A stretch of 64,000 nucleotides of DNA. It comes from Candidatus Poribacteria bacterium. Its GTDB lineage: Bacteria > Poribacteria > WGA-4E > WGA-3G. The notes below the pieces were generated by a model. It did no database searches and was not told the origin of the DNA. It saw nothing but the letters and a program-made list of their open reading frames with translations. Positions 19,341 through 28,730 of this stretch are shown in pieces. Position numbers and translations under genes: made by a program. Every line of letters begins with the position of its first letter. Position 1 is the first letter of the stretch. The stretch spans positions 864,001-928,000 of the forward strand of contig OZ244048.1 of assembly GCA_965215265.1 (NCBI GenBank), written 5' to 3'.

Positions 19341-19802
19341 ATGTCGAAATTGGATATCAGTATCCTCATTATTGTTGGGTTAGCGGGGCTGAGTTGTTAT
19401 CGCATGGGATTTACCCGAAGCGTCTGGGGCATAGTTTCTCTCGGTGCCGGTTTCTGGAGTGCAAACCTTTTCTGGCGAAAACTAGCACCCTATATCCACC
19501 GATTTGTGGATAATCCAAACGCGGCGAAATGGCTTAGCATTGTCGCCGTTGTTATTATCACTGCCATCCTCGTGGATATGCTGTTTGAAAGGCTCCGGTG
19601 CGTTTTTGAAACCGGCATTTTAGGATGGCTAAATAAGTTGTTCGGACTCGGTTTCGGCATCGTTTCTAGTGGAATTTTAATTGCCTTCGCGCTCATTCTT
19701 CTCGACATGTATGCCGGCGATTGGTTTAGAACGGAAATTGTGAACTCTCATTTCGCACCCCAACTCATGGATATCGCCCGTCACCTTTGGAAGTATCATT
19801 GA
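19341..19802 (+). CDS. CvpA (colicin V production) family membrane protein
   Basis: LDISILII..GFTRS, LGWLNKLFGLGFG and NSHFAP patterns with four hydrophobic segments. Confidence 0.8.
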   Translation: MSKLDISILIIVGLAGLSCYRMGFTRSVWGIVSLGAGFWSANLFWRKLAPYIHRFVDNPNAAKWLSIVAVVIITAILVDMLFERLRCVFETGILGWLNKLFGLGFGIVSSGILIAFALILLDMYAGDWFRTEIVNSHFAPQLMDIARHLWKYH

Positions 19803-19870
19803 CAAAAAAACGCCTAACAGATACTGTAAAAATGTTGCCTTAAACTTCTATATACCTTGAAAAAATATAC

Positions 19871-20500
19871 ATGAATAAAGCTATAGAAAAGGTTACCGCA
19901 TTTATAACCCGCGAAAGAAATGGGCTCAAGGAGTTACTCGTATTTAAGCATCCGACAACAGGTATCCAAATTCCTGCGGGAACCGTTGAAGAGGGTGAAG
20001 GGCTCGAAACAGCCGTAAGGAGGGAAGTCGAGGAAGAAACGGGTTTGCAGATTGTAAACGTCGAAAAATATCTTGGCTATGTTGAAAATGAACTAAAAGA
20101 TACAGAAAGAATAATAGCGAAGACAGCCAAGGTTTATATTGAAGCCAGCTTAAACGCGACATCCTACGAGGAAAAATTAACCAGAGAACTTACTGTCGAT
20201 TACCATGCCATCTCCGAGGATTTCACACGCATTTCATACATCGAATACAACAAATTCCCCCAACCCGCCTCCATCCTCTATAACATTACAGGATGGGTCC
20301 AGAGTCAAAATCTAAGTGCCCAAAAAACAAGACATTTTTTCCAGCTAAGTACACAAGAGAAGACAAAGGATGCATGGCAACTAAAAAGCGATAAAGATCA
20401 TATTTTCGAGCCTTACTGGACACCGCTTAAACCCAAACCTCAAGTTGTGGAACCGCAATCCAAATGGTTGGATTTTGTCTACAAGAGGATTTCTACGTAA
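19871..20500 (+). CDS. NUDIX hydrolase
   Basis: PAGTVEEGEGLETAVRREVEEETGL Nudix box. Confidence 0.9.
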   Translation: MNKAIEKVTAFITRERNGLKELLVFKHPTTGIQIPAGTVEEGEGLETAVRREVEEETGLQIVNVEKYLGYVENELKDTERIIAKTAKVYIEASLNATSYEEKLTRELTVDYHAISEDFTRISYIEYNKFPQPASILYNITGWVQSQNLSAQKTRHFFQLSTQEKTKDAWQLKSDKDHIFEPYWTPLKPKPQVVEPQSKWLDFVYKRIST

Positions 20501-20572
20501 AAATTCTTTAATTTAGTACGGTATTATTTGCTCAACGGTGAGCAAACGGATAATTTTAATAGGAGGAAGCAA

Positions 20573-21475
20573 ATGCAACGAACCGTTTTTTTAGGCGAAC
20601 ATGAAGTCACTTTTCCAGGACCCACTTTAGGCGAACTTCGGGATTGTAATGCTGTGGTGGATTCTGCAGCTGGATTGCACCAACAGATAGAGTCCGACGG
20701 ATATTTGCTCGTTCGCGGTTTAATTGACAGGCAAAAGGTTGCCGCTGCACGTCGTGCGATTCTTGAATACGCCGATGGAAATGGAAAGGATAACGTTTTC
20801 AAGCCGGGAACCGACATCATGGATGCCTTTGCAGGTAAGGGAAGCCCTGGTCGGACTATGGGTGCGCCCGCCGTTACGCATCATCCGGATGTCCTCGCTG
20901 TCTTAGAAGGCGACGAACTTTTCCACTTCTTTCGCAACTTTTTTGGCGGTGATACCCGAACGTTTGATTACAAATGGCTCCGGTTTATCCGCCCTACTGT
21001 TTGGTCTGGACCTCATTTTGATGTTGTTTATATGGGGAGAGGTTCAAAACAGTTGCACACCTGTTGGGTCCCATTCGGCGATGTACCTGCCACGATGGGG
21101 ACACTCGCAGTCCTCGTTGGTTCACACAGTTTACCCAGTTTTGCAAGAATTCGCGATACTTACGGTAAAACCGATGTAGATAAGGATGGGACACCAGGGC
21201 ATTTCGGCAGGGATCCGATGGAAATTAGCGAAAAGTATGGCGGAGAATGGCAAACAGCGGATTTTGAGATGGGCGATGTTATCATCTTTACAATGCACAC
21301 GATGCACACCTCTACCAAGAATCTTTCGGATAGATGGCGTATCAGCTGCGACATCCGTTTTCAGCCGGCGGCAGACGCTATCGACGAACGGTGGATAGGC
21401 AAAAATCCCATTTCGCACACAGGAAGCCAGAAAATTTCGTTTGAAGAAGCGAAAAAGCAGTGGGGACTTGAGTAA
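20573..21475 (+). CDS. Phytanoyl-CoA dioxygenase (PhyH) family protein
   Basis: DGYLLVRG, HFDVVYMGRG, CWVPFGD, GDVIIF..HTMH and RISCDIRFQ motifs. AGGAGG RBS before ATG 20573. Confidence 0.88.
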   Translation: MQRTVFLGEHEVTFPGPTLGELRDCNAVVDSAAGLHQQIESDGYLLVRGLIDRQKVAAARRAILEYADGNGKDNVFKPGTDIMDAFAGKGSPGRTMGAPAVTHHPDVLAVLEGDELFHFFRNFFGGDTRTFDYKWLRFIRPTVWSGPHFDVVYMGRGSKQLHTCWVPFGDVPATMGTLAVLVGSHSLPSFARIRDTYGKTDVDKDGTPGHFGRDPMEISEKYGGEWQTADFEMGDVIIFTMHTMHTSTKNLSDRWRISCDIRFQPAADAIDERWIGKNPISHTGSQKISFEEAKKQWGLE

Positions 21476-21567
21476 AAGGGAGTAGAAATAGTTCGTATTT
21501 TTCACAGCGAACTCGCGGTTTGTTGCCAATAGGCAGATGGTGTATATTGCTAAATGCAAAACCGGAT

Positions 21568-22743
21568 TTAGCAGAACAACGCCCGCCGAATCTGCCGAAC
21601 TGCCTGACGAATCCTATCTTCGTTCTCTACCAGCGCAATCCGTACATAGCCTTCACCGTTGTGTCCAAAACCTGCTCCGGGGGAGACGCAAACCTCTGCA
21701 TCATTGAGGAGTTTCATTGCAAAGTCCATAGAGTTGAGATGTTTCCATGGATGCGGAATCGGTGCCCAGAGGAACATGGATGCCTTTGGATTCGGCACTG
21801 TCCAGCCGATCCGGTTTAAGGCACTAACCATCACATCGCGGCGCTGCTGGTAAACCGCAGCGTTTTCTTGGACGACATCCGCTGGTGTACGAAGTGCCAT
21901 AATAGAAGCCACTTGGATCGGCGCGAAAATACCGTAATCGTAATACCCTTTAATCCGGGCGAGTGCACCAATAATTTCACGATTCCCTACAGCGAAACCA
22001 CATCGCCAGCCTGCCATGTTGTAGGATTTAGAGAGTGAGAAAAACTCAACGCCGACATCCTTCGCACCACGTGCTTGTAGAAAACTGGGTGCCTTATACC
22101 CATCAAAAACGATATCCGCGTACGCCAAATCGTGGATGACTATCATATCCTGCCGTTTGGCGAAATCCACTACCTCTTCAAAGAACGCCAATTCCGCAAC
22201 TGCTCCAGTTGGGTTATGCGGGAAACTCAATATCAATACCTTCGGCCTCGGCCAAATATCACGGGTAATTTCATCCAGAGTCGGAACGAAATGATTTTCC
22301 TCTGTTAAGGGGATGCTGACAACGCTCCCACCCGCGAGGACAACACTGTAGGTATGAATAGGGAATGTCGGATTTGGCACCATCGCCAGGTCGCCTTCGT
22401 CAAGCAACGCGAGTGCCAGATGCCCCAACCCCTCCTTCGTTCCGATTACTGCAATGGCCTCCGTATCCGGATCTATATCCACACCGAACCGCCGTTCATA
22501 ATGCCAACTCACTTCCCGTCGAAGATTGAAAATGCCGCGCGATGCAGAATAGCGATGATTCCGTAATTCTTGTGCTGCCTCACACAGCTTATCCACGACA
22601 GGTTGTGGGGTCCGTTGATTCGGATTCCCCATGCCCAAATCGATAATATCTATGCCTTGCTGCCGACGTTCGTGCGTTAATTGCTTAAGTTTACCAAACA
22701 TATATGGCGGCAGTCGATTCAAGCGTTTTGAAAATATGTTCAT
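21568..22743 (-). CDS. Class I/II PLP aminotransferase (AlaC / LL-DAP aminotransferase-like)
   Basis: DIIDLGMGNP, GTKEG, FPHNPT, HDLAY and SLSKSYNMAGWRCGF motifs. Confidence 0.9.
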   Translation of the reverse strand: MNIFSKRLNRLPPYMFGKLKQLTHERRQQGIDIIDLGMGNPNQRTPQPVVDKLCEAAQELRNHRYSASRGIFNLRREVSWHYERRFGVDIDPDTEAIAVIGTKEGLGHLALALLDEGDLAMVPNPTFPIHTYSVVLAGGSVVSIPLTEENHFVPTLDEITRDIWPRPKVLILSFPHNPTGAVAELAFFEEVVDFAKRQDMIVIHDLAYADIVFDGYKAPSFLQARGAKDVGVEFFSLSKSYNMAGWRCGFAVGNREIIGALARIKGYYDYGIFAPIQVASIMALRTPADVVQENAAVYQQRRDVMVSALNRIGWTVPNPKASMFLWAPIPHPWKHLNSMDFAMKLLNDAEVCVSPGAGFGHNGEGYVRIALVENEDRIRQAVRQIRRALFC

Positions 22744-22795
22744 CTTTTTCTATGCTTTGCACGCGCTAAGTTATTTTTTTTCACACACAATGATT

Positions 22796-23575
22796 TTAAA
22801 TGCGCGTAACTCTTTTTTTTGCCTCTGCAGCCGCGTTGTGTGCTTGCCGGGTCGGTTCTGGCAAACGATAACCACCGCCACAAGCAAAACAGAAAGCTAT
22901 TGCCGAATTCAAACCGATGCGATGCCCGATTGAGACGTAGACTACCCGAATTTTTGATCGGGTACGGACAGCGGCACCGATAACCTCGCCCTGATTTTTG
23001 ATAGAATTTCCACCGTTCCCGATTGCCCGGCGACTAGTGTCATATAGATATTCATAAGCGCCGCGTTCCGCGTCAGGTTCTTCGTGTCGTCCCCACAAGC
23101 GGGATTTCGCACACCCAATCGTCGGTTTGTCCAAAATTAGCCCTAGGTGCGATGCAATGCCAAACCGCCGGGGATGCGCAATGCCGTGTCCATCAACGAT
23201 AACAAGGTCCGGCTCCGTTTGCAACTGTGAAAAAGCCGCTAAGAGCGCAGGCACCTCCCGAAATGACAGCAACCCCGGGATATAAGGAAAACGAACAGGG
23301 CTTTCAACAACCACCCGTTCTACTTCCTCCAATGCGGGAAAACTGAGGACCACCACAGAGGCGAGAGCTAGCTCCTTTGAGATAGGATTTTTCACGTCCG
23401 AAGAATCAGCACGTTTGCCTTTACGTACTAGATTCCGCAGTCCAATGTCCACACCGGCCACAGTCGCAATTGTTGAAAACCGGTCTGTCTGAATCACCTG
23501 TGTGCACAAGTTGTTTTGGAGGTGCCGCGCTTGTTCAGGGGTAACGTCCCATGAATGTAGAACGTGGTATTGCAT
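22796..23575 (-). CDS. nfi: Endonuclease V (with two extra loop insertions)
   Basis: VAGVD, FPYIPGLLSFRE, VDGHGIAHPRRFGIASHLG, IGCAKSRL, VSIGH and YRLPEPTRQAH motifs. Confidence 0.95.
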   Translation of the reverse strand: MQYHVLHSWDVTPEQARHLQNNLCTQVIQTDRFSTIATVAGVDIGLRNLVRKGKRADSSDVKNPISKELALASVVVLSFPALEEVERVVVESPVRFPYIPGLLSFREVPALLAAFSQLQTEPDLVIVDGHGIAHPRRFGIASHLGLILDKPTIGCAKSRLWGRHEEPDAERGAYEYLYDTSRRAIGNGGNSIKNQGEVIGAAVRTRSKIRVVYVSIGHRIGLNSAIAFCFACGGGYRLPEPTRQAHNAAAEAKKRVTRI

Positions 23576-23633
23576 CACTGCCGCTGTTCGTTTTTACGGA
23601 TGCGTTTCTAATAACATGATACCAGAAACTGCA

Positions 23634-23798
23634 TCACTTGTCAAATCTTTTTTCCGTCGCCTTTTCAATATCGACGGTTCTAGGCTTTGAGATACGCTGG
23701 ATGCCTGCAAAAAAGGCGTTCAGCATCAAATAACCACTACCGATGCCTATGAGGGCACCCAAGCCACCTATAATCAACTCAATTCCGTTAAACATCAT
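23634..23798 (-). CDS. Small (54 aa) single-pass membrane protein
   Basis: Below the ORF-track cutoff. AGGAGG RBS, then MMFNGIELIIGGLGALIGIGSGYLMLNAFFAGIQRISKPRTVDIEKATEKRFDK*. Confidence 0.7.
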   Translation of the reverse strand: MMFNGIELIIGGLGALIGIGSGYLMLNAFFAGIQRISKPRTVDIEKATEKRFDK

Positions 23799-23975
23799 GT
23801 ATGCCTCCTATTGTCTCAATCTGCTGATTTCTACCGTACACCGTAGGTGGGTACATCAAATCGTCCTTGCCGGGCGGCAGATTAACACCTTCTGCCGCAA
23901 GTGTTAATCAAAATAAACGATGACTCCGTGAACTGGTTTCAGATCTGCTCACTTATACAATGATATTATTAGATT

Positions 23976-23992
23976 AGCAAGAATTGTGCCAA
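23976..23992 (-). promoter_or_regulatory. Sigma54 (-24/-12) promoter
   Basis: Minus strand TTGGCAC-AATTC-TTGCT is an exact TGGCAC-N5-TTGC match upstream of the small membrane protein gene. Confidence 0.65.
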
Positions 23993-24192
23993 CGGTGAAC
24001 AAGATAAATAGAACGTGAGATAGGGCTGGTGTATCTCATTGGACACAAAAAGACTGGTAATTTGAGGATGAGGTGTGGTAAAATAGAAACATACATCAAA
24101 CGACATGTTGCATCGTAATTCACGAAACTACGCGCTATCTTAAAAACAGACGTTCATTTTAATTTTACGGTAAAGTCATTAGGAGCAAGTAG

Positions 24193-24768
24193 ATGTTATA
24201 TTTGGACTCGCTAGACAATTACACGCAAAACAGCACACAAAATCATTTCGCCATTTGCCATGAGGACGTTAAAGGGATTCGCACCATCCGGGAACTTACA
24301 CCCTCTGTGGAATTATTAAAAAAATGGGATGCGCAGCTAATTGAGTGGGAAGACTTCCGAGGCGCGTTCAAAACCGAGCTCCGGCAAGAGTACAATAAAG
24401 GGGATGACAGCCGACTCAAGGGGCTCGCGAAATACTCTATTGAAAACGAGGTAATCCTCTATTCCCCTGAACCACCCGGCGAACAGACGTATCGGGCAAT
24501 TTTAGCAGAAGTGCTTAACGCCATCTGGGAGAACACGGGAGTCACTATCCGAGCCATCGACTATGCGTCAAACAGCTCGCTCGCTCCCGCACACCGTCAA
24601 CAGATGGAAAAGATTGCACACACCTGCGAGCATTATGAGCAGTTAGAATCTACTGAACGCCGCAAGTCCTGCCTGCAATGTAAGTATTTAGATATAACCC
24701 TCTATACATGCGAAAAATTAGTCAAGCCGGTTATACAGTACGAATGGAGCGAACCACGCCCCCTTTAG
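24193..24768 (+). CDS. DUF488-like protein with C-terminal Cys cluster
   Basis: ELTPSVELLKKW...WEDFRGAFKTEL resembles DUF488/YeaO. C-terminus CEH...CLQCKY...CEK. Confidence 0.5.
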   Translation: MLYLDSLDNYTQNSTQNHFAICHEDVKGIRTIRELTPSVELLKKWDAQLIEWEDFRGAFKTELRQEYNKGDDSRLKGLAKYSIENEVILYSPEPPGEQTYRAILAEVLNAIWENTGVTIRAIDYASNSSLAPAHRQQMEKIAHTCEHYEQLESTERRKSCLQCKYLDITLYTCEKLVKPVIQYEWSEPRPL

Positions 24769-24790
24769 TCATAGCGATAGTGGACTCAAC

Positions 24791-25534
24791 CTACATATCC
24801 CCTCGTCGTATTTGTGCCAATAATTCAGCAATAACGGACGGCACGAGGTTGGCAATAGAATCGCCCCCTTCAAGTTGACGGCGTACTGCCGTTGATGACA
24901 TGTCCGCATAAATCTCCGGCAACATGATAGATGAAATGTACTGTGCATAAGGACGGACCGCCGGCTGCGCCTTAAAACTCGCTATTGTCTCCACATCCGC
25001 TTCAGCGCGATTCGCCACAATGAAACGGCACCCCGAAAACAGTTGCCGCAATTCGCCATCAAAGTCGGTGTAATACTTCGGCTCAAAAATCCGGAGGAGC
25101 GTGTCATATCCTACAAGAAAATGGAACTCAGTTTGCGTCGGATACAGAATACTTAAGGCGGTAATTTTGTCAATGTACCTGCCGTGACTTGAAGCACCCA
25201 CAGAAAATCCAGGTTTGTCTGCCGCATACCGTCTGAGCATAACGAGCCGCGCAGCCAGTGGCAAACCGAATACCTCTTTGTCTACATTCGCCTTTGCCAG
25301 CAGCAGCAGCAGCTCATCTAAGTGAAACTGCGAAATTACCTGCTCCATGAATGCTGTATGTGCGACAGTCAACGGATTGAAGGCACCTGAAAAAATGCCT
25401 AGCTTCTGACCGGGTTGGCGAATTGATGGATTTGAACGGTGAACTAACTCTATGCACGGAGATGCCGTAGGGTCCAATCGGCAGAAGAGCTTCTCAAACC
25501 TTTCATAGTCAGCGGCGTTAAGACCTTTCATCAT
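24791..25534 (-). CDS. NadD-like nucleotidyltransferase
   Basis: GIFSGAFNPLTVAH, FLVGYDT, IVANR and MSSTAVR motifs. Confidence 0.8.
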   Translation of the reverse strand: MMKGLNAADYERFEKLFCRLDPTASPCIELVHRSNPSIRQPGQKLGIFSGAFNPLTVAHTAFMEQVISQFHLDELLLLLAKANVDKEVFGLPLAARLVMLRRYAADKPGFSVGASSHGRYIDKITALSILYPTQTEFHFLVGYDTLLRIFEPKYYTDFDGELRQLFSGCRFIVANRAEADVETIASFKAQPAVRPYAQYISSIMLPEIYADMSSTAVRRQLEGGDSIANLVPSVIAELLAQIRRGDM

Positions 25535-26399
25535 CTTCTGATTTTTTCGCGGCTTGCCAGATTTTCTCAAGTTCTTCAAGATTATAGTCTTTAAAGGATT
25601 TGCCGCCGCTTTCTAATTCAGACTCCATCCATTTAAAGCGCGTCGTAAACTTGCGGTTTGCTTTCCGTAACGCCTCTTCTGCCTGAACGTCGACAAACCG
25701 ACACAGATTAACGACAGCAAACAGCAAATCGCCGAGTTCCATCTCTACCTCGCCCGGTTCATCAGTTTTGAGACTCCCCTTGACTTCTCGGATTTCTTCA
25801 TCAACCTTTGAGATAACGTCAGTAAGTTCATCCCAATCAAACCCGACACCTGCCGCGCGTCGTTGTAATTTCTGTGCCTTGTACAGCGCTGGCATCGCAT
25901 CTGGAACACCATCAAGAACAGAGCGTCTATCTTCATAACCGCGCTCTTGCCGTTTAATCTCCTCCCAATTTTTGATAACCGTCTCTGCATCATCTACCTC
26001 AGTATTCCCAAACACATGCGGATGCCGACGAATCAGTTTCTCAGTGATGGCTTCAATCACATCGTAAACATTAAAGTGCTCGCTTTCATACGCAATCTGT
26101 GCTTGGAGCATTACATTCAGGAGCAAATCGCCGAGCTCCTCTTTAAGTTTTGCTGGCACTTTGGCATCAATCGCTTCTACAACCTCGTAACTTTCCTCGA
26201 TGAGCGTCGGTTTTAACGTCTCATGCGTCTGCTCCCGGTCCCACGGGCAACCGTTTTCGCTCCGCAACGCCGCGATGATGTCAATAAGGACTTCAAATTT
26301 TTTGGAAGCTGGAGTACTATCAGACGGCCCGCCGTAAATACTGTCTAAATTGCGTAGGAGGTTTCTGATACTGTCGGAATCGAAAGGTTCTTTTTTCAT
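25518..26399 (-). CDS. mazG: Nucleoside triphosphate pyrophosphohydrolase
   Basis: LRSENGCPWDREQT, EELGDLL, KLIRRHPHVFG, GFDW and ELGDLLF motifs. Confidence 0.96.
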   Translation of the reverse strand: MKKEPFDSDSIRNLLRNLDSIYGGPSDSTPASKKFEVLIDIIAALRSENGCPWDREQTHETLKPTLIEESYEVVEAIDAKVPAKLKEELGDLLLNVMLQAQIAYESEHFNVYDVIEAITEKLIRRHPHVFGNTEVDDAETVIKNWEEIKRQERGYEDRRSVLDGVPDAMPALYKAQKLQRRAAGVGFDWDELTDVISKVDEEIREVKGSLKTDEPGEVEMELGDLLFAVVNLCRFVDVQAEEALRKANRKFTTRFKWMESELESGGKSFKDYNLEELEKIWQAAKKSEDDERS

Positions 26400-26433
26400 A
26401 CAGTTTTCCTTAATCCCAAATTAAGAGGTAAAT

Positions 26434-27132
26434 TCAGGCAATTCCATTATCCTGCAGGGCTTCTAATTGAATAATGAGCTGCCCGAGTTGCATCCGCAGG
26501 AGCAACGTATAGATTTGTAGAAGTAGTGCAACCTGTGCCTCTGTTGGTAATTCGCTGGCGTGAATCATTGAGAAGAATTTGTCTGCACGTTCGCGAACTT
26601 GTGCAGCTTGTTCAATATTAATGTCTTCAGCCTCTGTTGTACTCTCCTTGATGAACTGCCAGATCCGGTCCTGAATCTCCAACATATAATTTTTAGACAT
26701 GACGGTGCGCGCACGCTTCGCAGAATCCACCCAGATCGTATTTGCCTTCCAATTCAACATAAAAGCGATACCGTTGATAATCACATCGCGAAGGTTATCC
26801 TCACCGGATATAAGTTCCTCAAACTTCGTAATTCCCTCAGCCTCTGCAGAGAAAGTACGCACGCGAGTATACTCCTTCAGATTACTGAGCATCAGTTCGT
26901 TTTCAGTGATGAGATTCCACAATTCTGCACTTGTTGAAAGCAGCACTTCCACCTGATTACGAACTGTGTACGGCAGCTCCGCGCGGATGCAGTAGTAGTG
27001 GACACTGTGGAGCCGACTCCGAAATTGATGCAGGTTTTCCGTTGACTGAATTTCTAGTGAGAGAGCAATCTTTGGGAGTAGTTCTTTTTGAATCTGGTTT
27101 AAAAGTTCATCAATAGGGCGTTCAGCATTCAT
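26434..27132 (-). CDS. Hypothetical helical protein
   Basis: Long ORF upstream of mazG on the same strand. Start at MNAERP assumed; no motif recognised. Confidence 0.65.
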   Translation of the reverse strand: MNAERPIDELLNQIQKELLPKIALSLEIQSTENLHQFRSRLHSVHYYCIRAELPYTVRNQVEVLLSTSAELWNLITENELMLSNLKEYTRVRTFSAEAEGITKFEELISGEDNLRDVIINGIAFMLNWKANTIWVDSAKRARTVMSKNYMLEIQDRIWQFIKESTTEAEDINIEQAAQVRERADKFFSMIHASELPTEAQVALLLQIYTLLLRMQLGQLIIQLEALQDNGIA

Positions 27133-27351
27133 ACCTATTATCCTAACAGATTTTCTTAGGAATGTCAAACGTTTTTTACCCGTGGTGCCAACATTACAAC
27201 CCTTTATAGCAGTGCAGTGCAATTCCTGACTCTCAATGCCGGTAGAACGATTTACCAAGCACGATGCCCTTCTTCTGTTGCATTGGCACGCCTTGTTTAT
27301 AGAAACGTATTGCCTACCATCTCCTGCAATTTGGCACCCAAACGAAAAAAC

Positions 27352-27381
27352 TTGACATCCATGGACAATTTATGCTAAAAT
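27352..27381 (+). promoter_or_regulatory. Sigma70-type promoter (probably leaderless transcript)
   Basis: TTGACA-18 bp-TAAAAT with an extended TG. The ATG lies 7 nt downstream. Confidence 0.6.
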
Positions 27382-27387
27382 TAAGGC

Positions 27388-27936
27388 ATGATGAAGATGA
27401 AATTGACTGCTTATCTGCTAATCATTGTGCTGTTAAGTGCTATTGTCACAGTTGCGAAGGAGCAAGCCCCAAAAGTAGGCGATGAGGCACCCGATTTTAC
27501 ACTTGAAGATGTAGAAGAGAACGCGCACACCCTAAAAAAGTATCGCGATAACGTCGTTTTTCTGATTATGGGCAACCGGAAGATTCGGAAGGAAGATAAT
27601 AGATGGGCGGAGGCGTTCCAAAAGGATTATCAGAAAAACAAGCGAGTTATTGCCTATATTGTCGCCGATTTGCGGAGTGTCCCAGGCTTCATACCCAAAT
27701 CCTTTATCCGCAACCAACTCAGGAAAAATCCGCCTCCCGTAACCTTCCTTCTTGATTGGAAGGGGCGCGTGCACCAACGCTACCAGACAGCCAAGGATAA
27801 ACCGAATCTCTATCTAATTTCGCCTGACGGGACCATCGTCTTCCATCAAAAAGTCAATTTCAAACCGAAAATTTATGCCGAACTCAAAAAACAGATCGAC
27901 GCGCTTTTAGTGCACGCAGACCGAGACGCACAGTGA
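27388..27936 (+). CDS. Secreted redoxin / thioredoxin-like fold protein
   Basis: Signal peptide, KVGDEAPDFTLED and YLISPDGTIVF. No CxxC motif. Confidence 0.75.
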   Translation: MMKMKLTAYLLIIVLLSAIVTVAKEQAPKVGDEAPDFTLEDVEENAHTLKKYRDNVVFLIMGNRKIRKEDNRWAEAFQKDYQKNKRVIAYIVADLRSVPGFIPKSFIRNQLRKNPPPVTFLLDWKGRVHQRYQTAKDKPNLYLISPDGTIVFHQKVNFKPKIYAELKKQIDALLVHADRDAQ

Positions 27937-28006
27937 GCAGATTTATATCGCTCAGCACTGCTGCCTTCTGATAAATATTATGCCTTCAACCGGGACGGAG
28001 AAAACC

Positions 28007-28237
28007 ATGATTCAACGTGCTAAGATAGCAGTCTATCTGTCTAATCCACTGTTTTCCTTTATTGGCGGCGTGTTTCTCGAAGGGTTGGGCTTATGTGCAC
28101 TCGCGCTCGCCGGAAAAAACCTTTTCCTTTTTCAACTGTTCGTGTTTGCGGTAGCAATTGGCGGATTCGCCACCGCCTTGTGTGGGGTAGTCAATAGGAA
28201 AGTGGGGCTTTCAGTGGCAATCCTCCGTCGTGTCTAG
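28007..28237 (+). CDS. Small membrane protein
   Basis: GGAG RBS and two hydrophobic segments. Confidence 0.5.
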   Translation: MIQRAKIAVYLSNPLFSFIGGVFLEGLGLCALALAGKNLFLFQLFVFAVAIGGFATALCGVVNRKVGLSVAILRRV

Positions 28238-28730
28238 GGTGCTAACCCAAAAGTCTCACAAAATAACGGTTGCTAGAGACACCCTCGGCACACCTCTCAA
28301 TTCGCAGGAGACGTGACTCATTTTACCACATCTCCTACTTAAGAAAAAAAACGAAAGTGAACATACATTCCCCCTTTTGAATCCAAAACAGGGATAAACC
28401 TGAAGCAGCCTGAATCGCCTTAGGGCTTCTCGTTTTTCGAGTGAAGGGCAACGCGAGACAGATTTGCCATTGAAATCTGAAAATTGCCCTTTTGAAATAG
28501 AATTTTTTATAATCATACACCCTAAATTATCTTTTGTCACATTAAAAATTGAGAAAAAAAGCGTTTTTTTTCGGAGAAATCATCATTTTTCAACATTTTA
28601 TGCTAAAAAAATACGAATAAGGGTTACGCGTTTTTTAGTCTATAGGGACTAAAGAATCCCCCGGATAACCGACGCTGTGCTGCAAGACGGAACACTACTA
28701 CCCTCTCCACCTGCAAATTCTATTCACGCG

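Noticed and set aside
27283-27345. TTGGCAC sites as sigma54 promoters
   Set aside because: They lack the TTGC element at the required spacing.
28240-28730. AT-rich intergenic stretch with short ORFs
   Set aside because: No repeat, RNA motif or protein motif that I could support.
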